A stretch of DNA of 64,000 nt from Squalus acanthias (GCA_030390025.1 CM059425.1:168208001-168272000); one strand, 5' to 3'; shown: positions 41,001-54,130, numbered from the stretch's first letter. The notes: generated from the sequence alone by a model not told the origin. Numbers and translations: made by a program.

Positions 41001-42040
41001 AGGATGGGTATTCTGCGGCGAGTGTCTTTCCGCCATCTACAAAGCACAAGTCCTCAGTTCCTCAGGGCAGTGTCCTAGGCCCAACCATCTTCAGCTGCTT
41101 CATCAATGACCTTCCCTCCATCATAAGGTCATAAGTGGGGATGTTCGCTGATGACTGCACAATGTTCAGTGCCATTCGCAACTCCTCAGATAATGAAGCA
41201 GTCCATGCCCAAGACCTAGACAACATTCAGGCTTGGGCTGATAAGTGCAGGTAACATTTGCGCCACACAACTGCCAGGCAATGACTATCTCCGACAAGGG
41301 AGCATTTAACCACCGCCCCTTGACATTCAACGGTATTACCTTCACCAAATCCCCCACCATCAATATCCTGGGAGGTTATCATTGAACAGAAACTTAACTG
41401 GACCAGCCACATAAATACTGTGGTAACAAGAGCAGATCAGAGGCTGGGTATTCTGCAGCAAGTGTCTCACCTCGTGACTCCCCAAAGCCTTTCCGCCATC
41501 TACAAGGCACAAGTAAGGAGTGTGATGGAATACTCTCCACTTGCCTGGATGAGTGCAGTTCCAGCAACACTCAAGAAGCTCGACACCATCCAGGACAAAG
41601 CAGCCCGCTTGATTGGCACCCCACCCACCACCTTAAACATTCACTCCCTCCACCACCGGCGTACCGTGGCTGCAGTGTGTACCATCTACAAGATGCACTG
41701 CAGCAACTCACCACTGCTTCTTCGGCAGCACCTCCCAAACCCACGAACTCTGCCACCTAGAAGGACAAGGGCAGCAGGCGCATGGGAACAACACCACCTC
41801 CAAGTTCCCCTCCAAGTCACACACCATCCTGACTTGGAAGTATATCGCCGATCCTTCATCGTCGCTAGGTCAAAATCCTGGAACTCCCTCCCTAACAGCA
41901 CTGTGGGAGTACCTTCACCACATGGACTGCAGCAGTTCAAGAAGGCAGCTCAGCACCACCTTCTCAACGGCAACTAGGGATGGACAATAAATGCTGGCCT
42001 TGCCAGCGACGCCCACATCCCATGAACGAATATAAAAAAT
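38049..42040 (+). mobile_element. APE-RT LINE (CR1/L2 group, family not assigned) with tRNA-like 5' head; decayed
   Basis: tRNA-like head 38049-38130; APE (PDIVILTE, DFNVHH); RT (YRPFSLLS, PQGSVLGP, FADD); 3' tail gacaataaatgctggcc...A-rich. Confidence 0.85.
39562..40454. mobile_element. Harbinger-type non-autonomous element inserted in the LINE RT region
   Basis: gggggaaaaatt ... aatttctcaccc splits gtgctgaagac/ttgtgct (intact at 54961-54980); apparent TT(G) duplication. Confidence 0.85.
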
Positions 42041-43384
42041 AAATGTGAAGTGATTAATTTTGATAGGAAGAATGAGGAGAGGCAATATAAATTAAATAAT
42101 ACAATTTTAAAGGAGGTGCAGGAACAGAGAGACCTGGGGGTGTATGTACACAAGTTTTTGAAGTTGGCAGGATAAGTTGAGAAGGCTGTTAAAAAGGTAT
42201 ATGGGATCCTTGCCTTTATTAATAGAGGAAGAGAGTACAAAAGCAAGGAAATTATGCTAAACCTTTCTAAAACACTGGTTAGGCCCCAGCTGGAGTATGT
42301 GGCCAATTCTGGGCACCACACTTTAGGAAGGATGTCAAAGCCTCAGAGTGGGTGCAGAGAAAATTTAATAGAATGGTACCAAAGATGAAGGACTTCAGTT
42401 ATGTGGAGAGACTATGGAAACTGGGGTTGTTCTACTTAGAGTAGAGAAGGTTAAGGGGAGATTAGATAGAGGTGTTCAAAATCATGAAGTATTTTGATGA
42501 GAGTAAATAAGGAGAAACTATTTCCAGCGGCAGAAGGGTCGGTAACCAGAGGAAACAGATTTACAGTAATTGGCAAAAGAACTAGAGGCGACATGAGGAA
42601 AAAAACATTTATACAGCAAGCTGTTATCATCTGGAATGCACTGCCTGAAAGGGTGGTGGAAGCAGATTCAATAATAACTTTCAAAAGGGAATTGGATAAA
42701 TACTTCAAGAGGAACGGGCTATGGGGAAAGAGCAGAGGAGTGGGACTAATTGGATAGCTCTACCAAAGAGCCGGCACAGGCACAATGGGCCAAATGGCCT
42801 CCTTCTGTGCTGTGTCATTCTATGATTCTAACTTAACCTTCACAGTTTGAAACCTCTCAGTGAGCCAAACCTTCTCATTTTTTTATTCATTGCTTGCTCT
42901 CTCAAGTTTCAGAGCTGGCAGATGTTGGAGCACAGTGCACTTCATTCGAAATAGGTCCCCAACAAAAACTGAATTTTCCTAACAGCATGATTACCAGGAT
43001 TAAAAGAAAAATCCTTGTCAGAGTCCACTCAATAAGTACCCTGGAAATGTTTATCCTACTGAGCTTTGAGTTATGGTACAACCAACGTAGTGTGCTAAGA
43101 GGAGCTGTACAATTACAGCATTGAATCAAATGTGGGTTTTACATTTCAAAATTGAGCAATGCATCCACTCCTTCGCTACAAGTGGGGAACACTGCAAGCA
43201 GATTCTACTTTTTTTTGTTGCCTGATGTGTTTTTAAATGTTATTAGTTTATAAAGGAGTTACATTCTCTCGGAGCTGTGGGTGAGAGTGAAGCTTGACTA
43301 AATGCTGTTGATATTTTTACTTTAAATGAGCCTGAGTTTTATTTTCAGGTTTCCTTTTAGTCAACTGAAGTTATTTTTTTTAAT

Positions 43385-43552
43385 TACTGCAGGAGCTGGA
43401 AATCTCAAACAAAAACAGGAAATTCTGGAAACACTCAACAGGTCAGGCAGCATCTGTAAAGAAAGGAAACTGTTACTGTTTCAAGCATAGCCCTTCATCA
43501 GATGCTGCCTGAATGCTGAGTGTCTCCAGCATTTTCTACTTTTGTTTGAGAT
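43385..43552. mobile_element. Degenerate palindromic Penelope-like repeat
   Basis: gctggaaatctc...caggtcaggcagcatctg...cttcatcag followed by the inverted gatgctgcctga...ccagcattttct. Confidence 0.65.
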
Positions 43553-43639
43553 TGTAAAGAATTGACCATCTTTGATTCTTCGCAGGCGATGGGGGATCAG
43601 AGAGCGCAACTCCTGGGGGAAGTGGAGAACCATTGATGG

Positions 43640-44085
43640 GGGCACTCGGAAAACTAAATAGGTTCGGGAGGACCAGGGATCACAATCTCAAGTTAGGTAA
43701 GGTCAGAAGTAGGTTAGATGTTAGGAGGTGGTTCTTTTCCCAAATAATAGTGGACCTATGGAACAGGCTGCTGGCTGATTTGCTGAGCTCCTTCAAGCGA
43801 GAGCCTGACCAGTTTCTGGCGTGGGCAGAGATCATCTCGTATAAAGGGTAGGTGCTGTATAACATTACTCAAGGCCAGAGTGGTCTCCTGGACTAGGTTT
43901 GGTTGCCTAAGGGGGTCGGAGAGGAATTTTCCAGATTTTCCCCCCTAATTGGCCTGGGTTTTTATCGTTTTTTTCGCCTCTCCCTGGACATGTCATGGGG
44001 TGGGGAGTGTATATATTGTGATGCACAAGGCATCGCAGTTGTGTGGGACTGAGGATCTATTCCTGTCCGTCATTGTTCGTATGTT
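43640..44085 (+). mobile_element. CR1 3' fragment (different 3' UTR family; related piece at about 5040-5240)
   Basis: RTRDHNLKL.KVRSRLDVRRWFFSQ.IVDLWN.L. Confidence 0.75.
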
Positions 44086-47000
44086 TGTAAAATTTCCTGA
44101 TTTTCCAATACCCTGTCCACCCTTGCCAGTAAGCAATACACTTTCTTTTAGGCTCACAGTGACCAAAGACACTCAACTACAGGGGACACAACCTTTATAA
44201 GGTAAATGTAATAACATTTAAAACTGCGGGCAAATGTCAGATGATTAAACCTCCAGGAATACGTCCAACCAGAGCTGGCAACCCTAGCCTCCTTACTGTC
44301 TACTCGACTAAAGTCAGCTAACTCGGCAAAGACCGGGCGTTGAATCTGGGCTCCCCCTAGGATTTATGGTTAAGCTACTCACTGGATAAACTCACTGAGC
44401 CAAGGAGCATCCACAAGTAGGCTTGTTTCACCAATTGCCTATTCCACCTACACAATACTTGATCATCTCAGGGTGTCTCTATACTACAGCCGCCAATCAT
44501 ATTGACCAGATATTTATCCTGCTCCTTTTTAAAGTCGTTAATTGTCAACTTCTTGTTCCATTTAATTTATTAAACTGTTGGGAAAAATGTGTTTTTCTAA
44601 TCTCTAATCTAACTCGAAGCTTGTTAATTTTAAACCCATGTTATCTAGTTCTGTTCTGACAGTCCAGGTATGTCATGTTATCTGTATCCTGTGAATGGAT
44701 GATCCGATGGGATTTTCTTTTCTGTTGCCTACTAGGTAAACAGTAGAAAAGTAATATGTACAATGCCGAACATCATTTTAAAAAGAAGTGAGAATAAACC
44801 ACTCAGCAAACAGGAACTCACAACTGTTTATGGATTTTATACACAAAAAACAGAGAAGCGTGAGTACTGTCAAGATCATTGCCTCATCACTCACAGTTGT
44901 ACAGAGTAATGGGTAAAATGACTTTCCAATTCCCGAATGAAAACCAGTCCACAGCACAAAGCTATCCTTGGTTCATGGGTTCTAGGTTTGAGTTATCTGG
45001 CTGGTGTTTATCTTTCCTTACCATGTCTGTAAGGAGTTACCTGCTTGCTGCACAACATGAGTGGGAACATCACATCCATCATTAAATATTTTCTTTTTAA
45101 GTCTTTAATTTCCGTGTTCAAATGGACCATAAATGGCATGTGTAGTTAGAATTTAATCAATCATCATTTATACACAGTGCAAACTCCAGACTAATTCTGT
45201 ACTACCCCACAATTATGCTTTTAACAGGGATTAGGTGAAAAGTTAAGACAGCCACCTGACACAAAAATGTTCTTCCTTCTGTTACTGCTGTTTATTCTAA
45301 AGATACTAACATTTGTGCAGCTTAAACTGAAATCAGAAAGTGGCAGGTTCATATACATATTCATAACTCTGATCTCCACGCCACCTCCCTGATTCAGGAA
45401 TCTTCGGGATTTTTGTTACTTCAATTTTCTCTGCTCCTTTCCTCCTCTAAAGGTGCTGACTCATCCTGTGGTCTTAAACCACAAGCACAGGCCACCTTCT
45501 AGTACCTTGCCCAAGTGAGCATTCTTTATGTGTAAGTCTCAACAGTGAGTTCTAGCCAATAGTACAATCATGGGGGAGGGGAAGAAAAAGGAGAGAAAAA
45601 TCACAGGGGAATCAGATCCTACACATGAGCATTTTCCACCATCAAGAAAGAAGAAAGGTAAAGCATTTATATAGCACTTTTCAATAACCAGATAATCTGT
45701 TGGTGGTGTTGGTTAAGGGATATTGGCCAGGACATCGGGAGCACTTCCCTGCTCTTCTTCGAATAATGCCATGGGATCGTTTACATCCACCTCAGAGGGC
45801 ATATGGGGCCTCAGTTTAATGTCTCATCTGAAAGACAGCACCTCTAACTGGACAGCAATCAGAAGCAGGAAACCAGGCCAGGAAAATTGAGGTCAACTAA
45901 ACCACTCAGCTGAGATGAACTAAATCAATGCAGATCGGAAATTCAACCTGAGTCTTTTCTGGGCTCTGTGGTTCAGTTCCATATTGCACACTGAATTTAC
46001 CAGCTGAGCCATCATCCCCTGGGATCTGGCTCTGTTATTGCTCGGAACCCCAGGGTGACAAGCAGAAGACCAGTGACGTGAGCCCGCAAACCGCAGATTC
46101 CTCAAATTGATCATTCTGAAAACTTAAACATTATCTGACCACTAATGCTAGGGAAACTAAAAATATATTTATTAAACAAGTAGACCACCTTTACCTTCTA
46201 ACTAGAGAGTGTAGAAATGTAGTGTTAGGACACTTCACTTTAATTACAAAACAGGGAGCATAATTGCTGCAACCGGTTGTAAGCATTTTAAGTAAAAATA
46301 TTTTATTCTTAACTGCTCAGGTAAAAAATGAACAGTAACAGATAAATGGCAAAATTTATTGTCATTGTATCATCACTAAACAGCATTTGTGCAGTGATGT
46401 GTGGTGTTCACATTGTTTAGTGGTGTATGAATGAAATGGTGTATTTTAATCTTCCCATTGACAATGCTGCTAGAATTCAATGTCATTATGTTGGAAGCAC
46501 GGACAACATGCAATGTGCCATGCAGCAGACAAACTATATTTTATTATTTTTGTCATAGTACTCACACTTCTGACCAATGTTTTATCTGAGATGCTATGTC
46601 ACCACTTAACAGCAACATCAACAACTTGCATTTATACGGTGCATTTAACATAAAAAAGCACTTCATATATGGAAGTTGATGCCAAGCCCTCGCGGGAGAG
46701 ACTAACAGGGGTGACCAGAAGCTTGATCATAAAGACAGAGTTGGAGGTGCGTAAAGGAAGAGCATGAAGTGGAGAGGTGTAGGGGTTTAAGGAGGGAGTT
46801 CTAGAGGAGGCTGGAGGCTCTGCCACCAATGGTGAGACAAAGGGATGGGGATGGGAGGGGACGGGGAGGGGGATGCACAAAAGTCTAACAGAGTTAGAGG
46901 ACCAAAAGATGTGTTGAGGCTGGAGGAGGTTACAGAGCTAGGGTGGGGCAAAGTGATAAATATATTTGAAGACAAGGATGAAGAGTTTAAAGTTAATACA

Positions 47001-47443
47001 TTGAGAGACAGGGGGCCAATGTAGCTCAGCAAGGGGAAAACTGATCGGAGAGTGAGACTCAGTGCAGCACAGGATACGAGCAACTCCATTTTGGACAGGT
47101 TGGAGTTTTCGGCTGCTGGAGGATAGGAGGTCAGTAAGGAGCGCGTTGGAATAATCAAGTATAGTGATGACAAAAGCATGCTTAAGGGTTTTAACAGTAG
47201 AAGAGTTGAGGTAGGGGTGGAAGGTGCACAACATTGTGCAAGTGGAAGTAGGCAGTTTTGATGATGGATAGGATGTGGAGTTTGAAGTTCAGCTCAAGGT
47301 GCCAAGGTTCAGTCTGTCTGGTTTAGTCAGAGCAAGTGGCCAAGAAGGGGGTGGAATCAGTGGCAAGGGTTCAAAATGGATAGCCTCTTGGTGTTCGGTT
47401 GTATAAAATTGGGACTTGTCCATGACTTGATGTCAGACAGGCA

Positions 47444-48973
47444 TCATGACTTGATACTGAAGAAGGAAGCTGTAGACTGCAGGAAGATATCAATAAGTTG
47501 GTCAGGTGGGCAGAACAGTGGCAAATGGAATTCAATCCGGAGAAGTGTGAGGTAATGCATTTGAGGAGGGCTAAAAAGGAAAGAGAATACACATTAAATG
47601 GTAGGACACTGAGTAGTGTAGAGGAACAAAGGGACCTTGGAGTGCATGTCCACAGATCCCTGAAGGTAGCAGGCCAGGTAGATAAGGTGGTTAAGAAGCA
47701 CATGGAATGCTTGCCTTTATTAGCCGTGGCATAGAATACAAGAGCAGGGGGGTTATGCTTCAACTGTATAAAACACTAGTTAGGCCTCAGCTAGAGAACT
47801 GCGTGCAATTCTGGTCACCACATTGCAGGAAAGATGTGATTGCACTAAACATAGAAACATAGAAGATAGGAGCAGGAGTAGGCCATTCGGCCCCTCGAGC
47901 CTGCTCCGCCATTCGATGAGATCATGGCTGATCATCCAAACTCAGTACCCTGTACCTGCCTTCTCCCCATATCACTTGATACCTTTAGCTTTAAGAAATA
48001 TATCTAACTCATTCTTGAATATATTTAATGACTTGGCCTCAACTACCTTCTGTGGTAGAGAATTCCACAGGTTCACCACTCTCTGGGTGAAGAAATTCTT
48101 CCTCATTTCTGTCCTAAATGGCTTACCCCTTATCCTTAGATTATGACCCCTGGTTCTGGACTCTCCGACCATCGGGAACATTCTTCCTGCATCTAGTTTG
48201 TCCAGACCTGTTAGAATTTTATAAGTTTCAATGAGATCCCCTCTCATTCTTCTATACTCCAGCGAGTATAAGCCCAATTGACCCAATCTCTCCTCATATG
48301 TCATTCCTGCCATCCCAGGTATCAGCCTTGTGAATCTTCGCTGAACTCCTTCCATGGCAAGAACATCCTTCCTCAGGTAAGGCGACCAAAACTGCACACA
48401 CTACTCAAGGTGTGGTCTCACCAAGGCCCTGTACAACTGCAGCAGGACATCCCTGTTCCTATACTCAAACCCTTTCACTAGAAAGGGTACAGAGGAGATT
48501 TACAAGGATGTTGCCGGGAGTAGAGAATCTTAGCTATGAGGAATGACTGGATAGGTTGGGTTTGTTTTCCTTGGAACAGAGGAGGCTGAGGGGAGACCTT
48601 ATTGAGGTGTATAAAATTATGAGGGGCACAGATAAAGTGGATAGAAAGGACCTATTTCCCTTAGCAGAGGGGTCAAAAACCAGGGGGCACAAATTTAAAG
48701 TAATTGGTGGAAGGTTTAGAGGGGATTTGAGGGGAAATTTCTTCACCCAGAGGGTTGTGGGGGTCTGGAACTCACTGCCTGAAAGGGTGGTAGAGGCAGA
48801 AACCCTAACCACATTTAAAAAGTACTTGGATGTGCACTTGGGATGCTCTAACCTGCAGGGCTACGGACCAAGAGCTGGGAAGTGGGATTAGGCTGGATAG
48901 CTCTTTGTTGACCGGCACGGACAAGATGGGCCGAAATGGCCTCCTTCCGTGCTGTAACTTTCTATGATTCTAT
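47444..48973 (+). mobile_element. CR1 3' fragment with 8-bp TSD gacaggca, itself interrupted
   Basis: WAEQWQMEFNPEKCEVMH...RRLRGDLIEVYK; gacaggca at 47436-47443 and 48974-48981. Confidence 0.9.
47848..48475 (-). mobile_element. CR1 3' fragment nested antisense in another CR1, TSD cacta
   Basis: QFWSPYLRKDVLAMEGVQRRFTRLIPG...; cacta at 47843-47847 and 48476-48480. Confidence 0.9.
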
Positions 48974-49783
48974 GACAGGCAGCCCGACCGTATGGAGGTG
49001 ATTGTGGGGTCAAGAGAGATGATGGACAAGTAGAGCTGGGCATCGACAACCTACATATGGTAGCTGACCCTGTGCTTGTGGGTGCTGTTGACAAGGGGCA
49101 GCATGTTTCACTCTCATCAAACATTGCTAAAAACAGATATCGCAGCCCCAAACCCAATCTCACTTCAATCGCCCGGCACCACAGCTAACTGTACACTCGC
49201 AGCAAAAATGATAAAAGTTGGACAGAGGCAGTCAGGAGGACCAAACTTACATACAATTCCCAGGAGGGCGGCATAGCTACTTTCAAGCTAAGTTTTTGGC
49301 ATCTATATTTATACTTGAAATGAGTAGTGGAACAATCGGCTCAGTCCAACTGTGAGACTTTCATAACCCAGTCCAGATGTGGTCACTGGTGAGATCTGAG
49401 AGAATAAACTGCACCTTTTACTATTCCCGCCGCTCCTCCTCTGTATTTACAGTTTTGTGGCCACCCATCCACTGAAACACCACACAGGGAGATTCCTGCG
49501 TCCCCGTGTCTTAGGTCTTGACACCTTTAAACTCTTGGGCCAGTCTCGATGCAGAAAGTGTCCCTGTCTGGCCACCCCGGGGTGCGGAGTCTGCACTGCG
49601 CTGTCTAACGGAAACTAATGGGGTTTGCGCGCAATGTCAGAGTCATTTTAAGGGAGTTATTTCAAAAAACATAGACTAAAAATGTTATCTCAGATTGTTT
49701 TCTGTATCCGTTTATGTAAAACAAACACATTGCCGCCGCCGCCGCCAGTGCTCAGTGAAGCCCCGGTGCCGATCGTTACTCAC

Positions 49784-49915
49784 TAAGTAAGCGCCGCTGA
49801 TGCCCTGGGTCAACATCAGCAAACACTCAGCGATGAGAAATGTTCGGATATCCGAGAAGTAGGACTCCCGGGGACCCCCCGCCGCCGATCGCCTGCCGTC
49901 CTTCTGACTGCTCAT
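49784..49915 (-). CDS. SLCO3A1: SLCO3A1-like organic anion transporter (OATP3A1 family), coding exon 1
   Basis: MSSQKDGRRSAAGGPRESYFSDIRTFLIAECLLMLTQGISGAYL resembles the SLCO3A1 N-terminus/TM1 (SCFSNIKIFLVSECALMLAQGTVGAYL). It ends at a TTA|GTGAGT phase-0 donor, sits in CpG-rich sequence, and joins in frame to exon 2 (VSILTTLERRF). Confidence 0.9.
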
Positions 49916-50051
49916 CCTGGAGACGTCTTGTAAAAGTTGTCAATTGAATAGAAAGGCCCGGAGTTGAGAGAGTTCAGTTCGCCAGAAGGATCCTTCTCGT
50001 CTCCACCAGAGCGCCACACCCACCGGCCCCGCTGGCTGGGGATCGATCGCT

Positions 50052-50535
50052 GTGTGTGTGAGACTGTGAGAGAGAGGGAGAGACTGAGAGAGGGAGAGAC
50101 TGTGTGAGAGACTGTGTGAGACTGAGAGAGAGGGAAAGGCTGAGAGAGAGGGAGCGACAGAGACTGTGTAAGACAGAGAGAGGTACAGACTGTGAGACTG
50201 TGTGAGAGGGAAAGACTGAGAGAGGGTGAGGCTGTGAGAGAGACTGTGTGAGACTGAGAGAGGGAAAGACAGAGGGTGAGACTGAGAGAGGGAAAGAGTG
50301 AGGGAGAGGGAGCGACTGAGGGATTGTGTGAGAGGGAGCGACAGAGAGGGAGAGACTGTGAGACAGATAGGGAGACTGTGAGGGGGAAACTGAGACTGTG
50401 TGAGGGGGAGACTGTGAGCGACTGTGTGTGACTGCGTTTGAGACTGTGAGAAAGAGACTGTGTAAGAGGGAGACTGTGAGAAAGGAAGAGACTGTGTATG
50501 AGATTTTGTGTATAGAGATTGTATGTGTGAGACTA
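50052..50535. repeat. Degenerate (GA)n/GAGACTGT low-complexity tandem repeat upstream of the start codon
   Basis: Repeated gagactgtgtga/gagagggaga units. Confidence 0.9.
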
Positions 50536-51654
50536 CGTGTTGTCACAACGTGTCCACTCCTTCTGCAAGAATGTCCGCAATAGCGAGCTGGCAACAAGAA
50601 ACCTCAGCAGTAAAGTCCTTTTCACACGATTTTTCCCGGGCTCCGCAGATCGTACCGAAACGGCGGCAGCATCTTTAGCCAAAAAGGATGCGTTTTAAAA
50701 ATCTCTTTCAAAAAAGCAACAGCAGTCCCCAAAACAGGGCGTGTTGTTTCTTGACAGTTCCCGATACAGTTCATTCGCGCTAACAGCTGTCAATCGCGGA
50801 GCCCCGAGTAGGCGCTGAGCAATCCTCCCGCACAGATCTAATCATGTAAATCCCCTTCTGTAATATCGACAGTGGCCGAGTGCAATGCAAACATGCCCAT
50901 CGGACCAAATATTGCAATATGTGTCCCAACCGATCTGTAGCTTGAAACTTAGCTCCGTGCTAAAGCAGCAGCAACTAACTTTGCATTCGGCTCAAAGGTG
51001 AGATAAGCATCAGTTGTCTTAGTCACTGCGAATCGGATTATATTAAAAATAAAGATTGCACAGTCTGGACCAGCGCCGTCACCTTTTATCCCCTGAAATA
51101 CATTTGATTTATTCAAACCTTCAGGTCTTTTGGCCAAATAATCGGAGATGGGTATTAGGGTTTGAGGAACTTCCGTGCACACTGTTGGAGCTTTGCAGGC
51201 CCCTCCCAACCAGGTACTTGCGGCTGATTTAGGAAATGTCAACGTGCAACCCGGCAGAAACCGCAGAAGGTAATGGAACAACATTGTAACTTCCTTTTGG
51301 GCTGCTATGAGGGGGAGGAGGAGACTTCACTGAAAGCGAAACATCAGCCAAGCGTTTGGTTTCCTCTTCCATTGACTGCCTGTAAACAGCGACACCCTGT
51401 GGGCCCAAGCCTCTTAAAATCGGTGAACGGGACAGGCTGTCTCATCTTATACAACTGTGGATGGAGAGAAAACACTTCTGAAATATCAGTGATGACATTT
51501 TGTATCTCACTAACTTTCTTAAAAGCTCTAAATTGGAGCTAAACCCTAACATTTCCCAGAATATTGATTATCGTTTTCAGGGTCGTCAACATTGGAGAAA
51601 TGTAGGAGTGACATTTAGGTCCGTTATGGATGGGTTAATGATTAAATGTGAGAT

Positions 51655-51873
51655 ATTGTCCTGGCCAATATTTATCCCTCAACCAACATAACAAAAACAG
51701 ATGATCTGGTCATTATCACATTGCTGTTTGTGGGACCTTGCTGTGCACAAATTGGCTGCCGCGTTTCCCACATTACAACAGTGACTACACTTCACAAGTA
51801 CTTCATTGGCTGTAAAGCGCTTTGAGACGTCCGGTGGTCGTGAAAGGCGCTATAGAAATGCAAGTCTTTCTTT
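51655..51873 (+). mobile_element. Deu-type SINE 3' part
   Basis: Matches 2913-3124. Confidence 0.75.
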
Positions 51874-52440
51874 ACATCAAAATAACTGTCATCCGAATTG
51901 TCTATATTTGTTAAAGGGGCCACTATCTATGTTTATTCAAAAGTGTTTGCCGCACCTATTTTGTTTGTTTAATACTCCATGTATTGAGCCAATCCTACTC
52001 ATTGCTTTGTAAAAGCATCATCATGGGGGAAGATTAGCCCTTTGCGCTGTGAAGTTGTAAAAGCATTTATAAAGAACAGTTTAGTTACAGCTAGCACACA
52101 GAGGACTTGACCGGAAAACTCTGCCCCAACTTCCCTGCAAGTTGAGATGTTGAACTGAAAATGGCCGAGAATTTTAACCATACCTGAAACCGTGTGCACG
52201 CTGCATGTGCCTGTTCACGTGGTCCCAGGCAGCATGTAAATTCGTGCTGGAACCTCATTAAAATGCTTTGGATGTGAAGCCAGCACCACCCACGCTATTT
52301 ATTGGATGCACGCCTGTTTTTGAAGGGGGGGGAGGGCGGAAATGGGCATCTCTAATGCCACTTAAAGGCAGCCAGCATCTCTTAAAGGGGAATGTGCACT
52401 CTGGCTGCAGACAGGAAAAAAACATTGTCAAAGCGCTAAT

Positions 52441-54130
52441 ATGGCTGCAAGAGGTCCAGACAGGGAACCCAGGTTCATGGTCCAGGTGGTGGACAGGAGG
52501 AGCGAGATCCCTGGGGGCCAGCCAACACCTTCGCCACCAGTGGGAAGAGGTCGCAGAGGAGGTCAATGCCAGGAGCTTAGCTCCCAGGACATGGCTACAA
52601 TGCCACAAAAAGTTCAGTGACCTCACCAGAGTTGTCAAGGTAAGAATACTGCTCTCTTACTCTCTGCTCACACCTCCACCATTCCAGTTTCACTATTTAC
52701 AATACTATCCGCATCCCTTTACTTTCCTACAGTCACTGCACCACACTTCACTCCACTTCATTCTCCTCATATTCACACTCACCACTATTGCAAACCTCAC
52801 TTCCCCACGCCTCACATCTGACACACTGCATGCCAACTATTCTACCATGACAGGCACACTCTCTAAATACCTCACAAGCCTCTCACTAACACATTATTGC
52901 ACAAGCAGCTCACGCACAACCTGAGACAGGAGGAAGAGGCTGAGAGTGCCTGCGCATCCTCTCCCCTGTGGAAGAAAACGTGCTGGCCATTACAGGCAGG
53001 GGGAGAGTCATGGCCATGGTGAGTGGTAATGTTGGAGGAGACATCGCACAAGGTTTTTTCACATCTTATCTCTTTTCCCTTCCTACCTCTATCTCACCCT
53101 ACATAGTCTGCATGACAAACTGTAGATGCTTTCACCAGACACTTCTCTATCTACTCTCCCTTCACATTCAAAGTTAACCCTTGTCTCTTTCATTTCAGGT
53201 GCTGAAAATGTAGTGATACATCTTCCACTTCAGGAAGAGGAGGCCAGCCTCCCTGAAGATGCACCATCACTTAAGTTCAGATACTGGCACAATGCATACT
53301 TTAGAGGCTAGGCTAGAGGAGGGGTCTTCACGTGTTGAATCACCGGCCACAAGCGTGCCGGAGCTAGGGCAGAGGCATAGGGTGCCACAGGTGCCAGCTC
53401 GCCGGAGGGTGACATCACATACTAGTTCCGCTGCATAGGACTCAGGTACAGACTTCAAGGGCCCAGGCTACCAAAGAAGGCTGACAGGGATACACCAGGA
53501 AATGCTAAGTGCACTGGGCAGCCTGCCAGCAAGCTTCCAAACAATAGCTCAGAGCATGGAGGATTCCAGCTCCAACTTGTGTCAAAGCTTCACGCAGAGC
53601 ATGGAGACCATTCTGTCTAACATGGACCAAGCGGTCAGCTCCATGAGCATGACAATGACGCCCAGCATAATGGAACCTCTGCTGACAGCTTCTATGGTAG
53701 CTAACACTGCTGCCATGGAAGCTCAGATGGCTGCCATCTTGGCTTTGGGGTCCAGTGTTGACAGGGGCTTGCAGAGCATCACATAATTCTTGCACCTTGT
53801 TCTCGCGCAGAGCCAGATGAGTGCTGAGGTGCAATCCCAGGTGAGTTACCTTGGCTCCATGGGAGAGGTACATGCTGTCCTCTCTCAGGAGGACAGCATG
53901 CCTGCTCCCCCCACCACCCACTCTGCCAATGTCACACAGCCAGCTGGGCCAGACTGCTCTGGCCCACACCGAGGTGCTGCAGTCTGCAGCCTGACCCTCA
54001 AAGCACAGAGCTGCTCGAGGTCGCTCACCACGGCCATCTGAAGTGTCCTCAATGGAAGCTCAACAGCCTTCCATCTCCAAAGCTGTAGCCACAGGGGAAA
54101 CACATCGTAGCAGCAATAGGATGGGTAGAT
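52441..54130 (+). pseudogene. Harbinger Myb/SANT-like accessory gene, multi-exon, decayed
   Basis: MAARGPDREPRF...QWEEVAEEVNARSLAPRTWLQCHKKFSDLTRVVK|GTAAGA donor at 52640; later ttcag acceptor and a coiled-coil-like exon. Confidence 0.75.

Larger units (their letters stand above)
37690..42830 (+). mobile_element. CR1 RT/3' fragment split by the 38049-42040 LINE (pieces about 37690-38040 and 42040-42830)
   Basis: gaaatttaatgcaga before the insert continues as aaatgtgaagtgatt after it; ends in an attctatgattcta tail. Confidence 0.85.
46610..49105 (-). mobile_element. Old L2 LINE fragment (about 46610-47443 and 48974-49105) interrupted by CR1
   Basis: TLKHAFVITILDYSNALL...KLQPVQN...LAELHWPPV (L2 ORF2 C-terminus). 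Right piece encodes a YVGCR-decayed YADD region. Confidence 0.75.
49400..51430. promoter_or_regulatory. CpG-enriched promoter/5' region of the SLCO3A1-like gene
   Basis: Visibly higher CpG density in non-repeat sequence around coding exon 1. TSS not determinable from sequence. Confidence 0.55.

Noticed and set aside
33837..44287. cagggtcgcca (33837) and tggcaacccta (about 44277-44287) as TIRs of one 10-kb hAT-like element
   Set aside because: No matching TSD and unrelated sequence between; more likely two separate MITE remnants.
49974..50597. 207-aa Ser/Leu-rich ORF
   Set aside because: Translation of the GA/CT low-complexity repeat.
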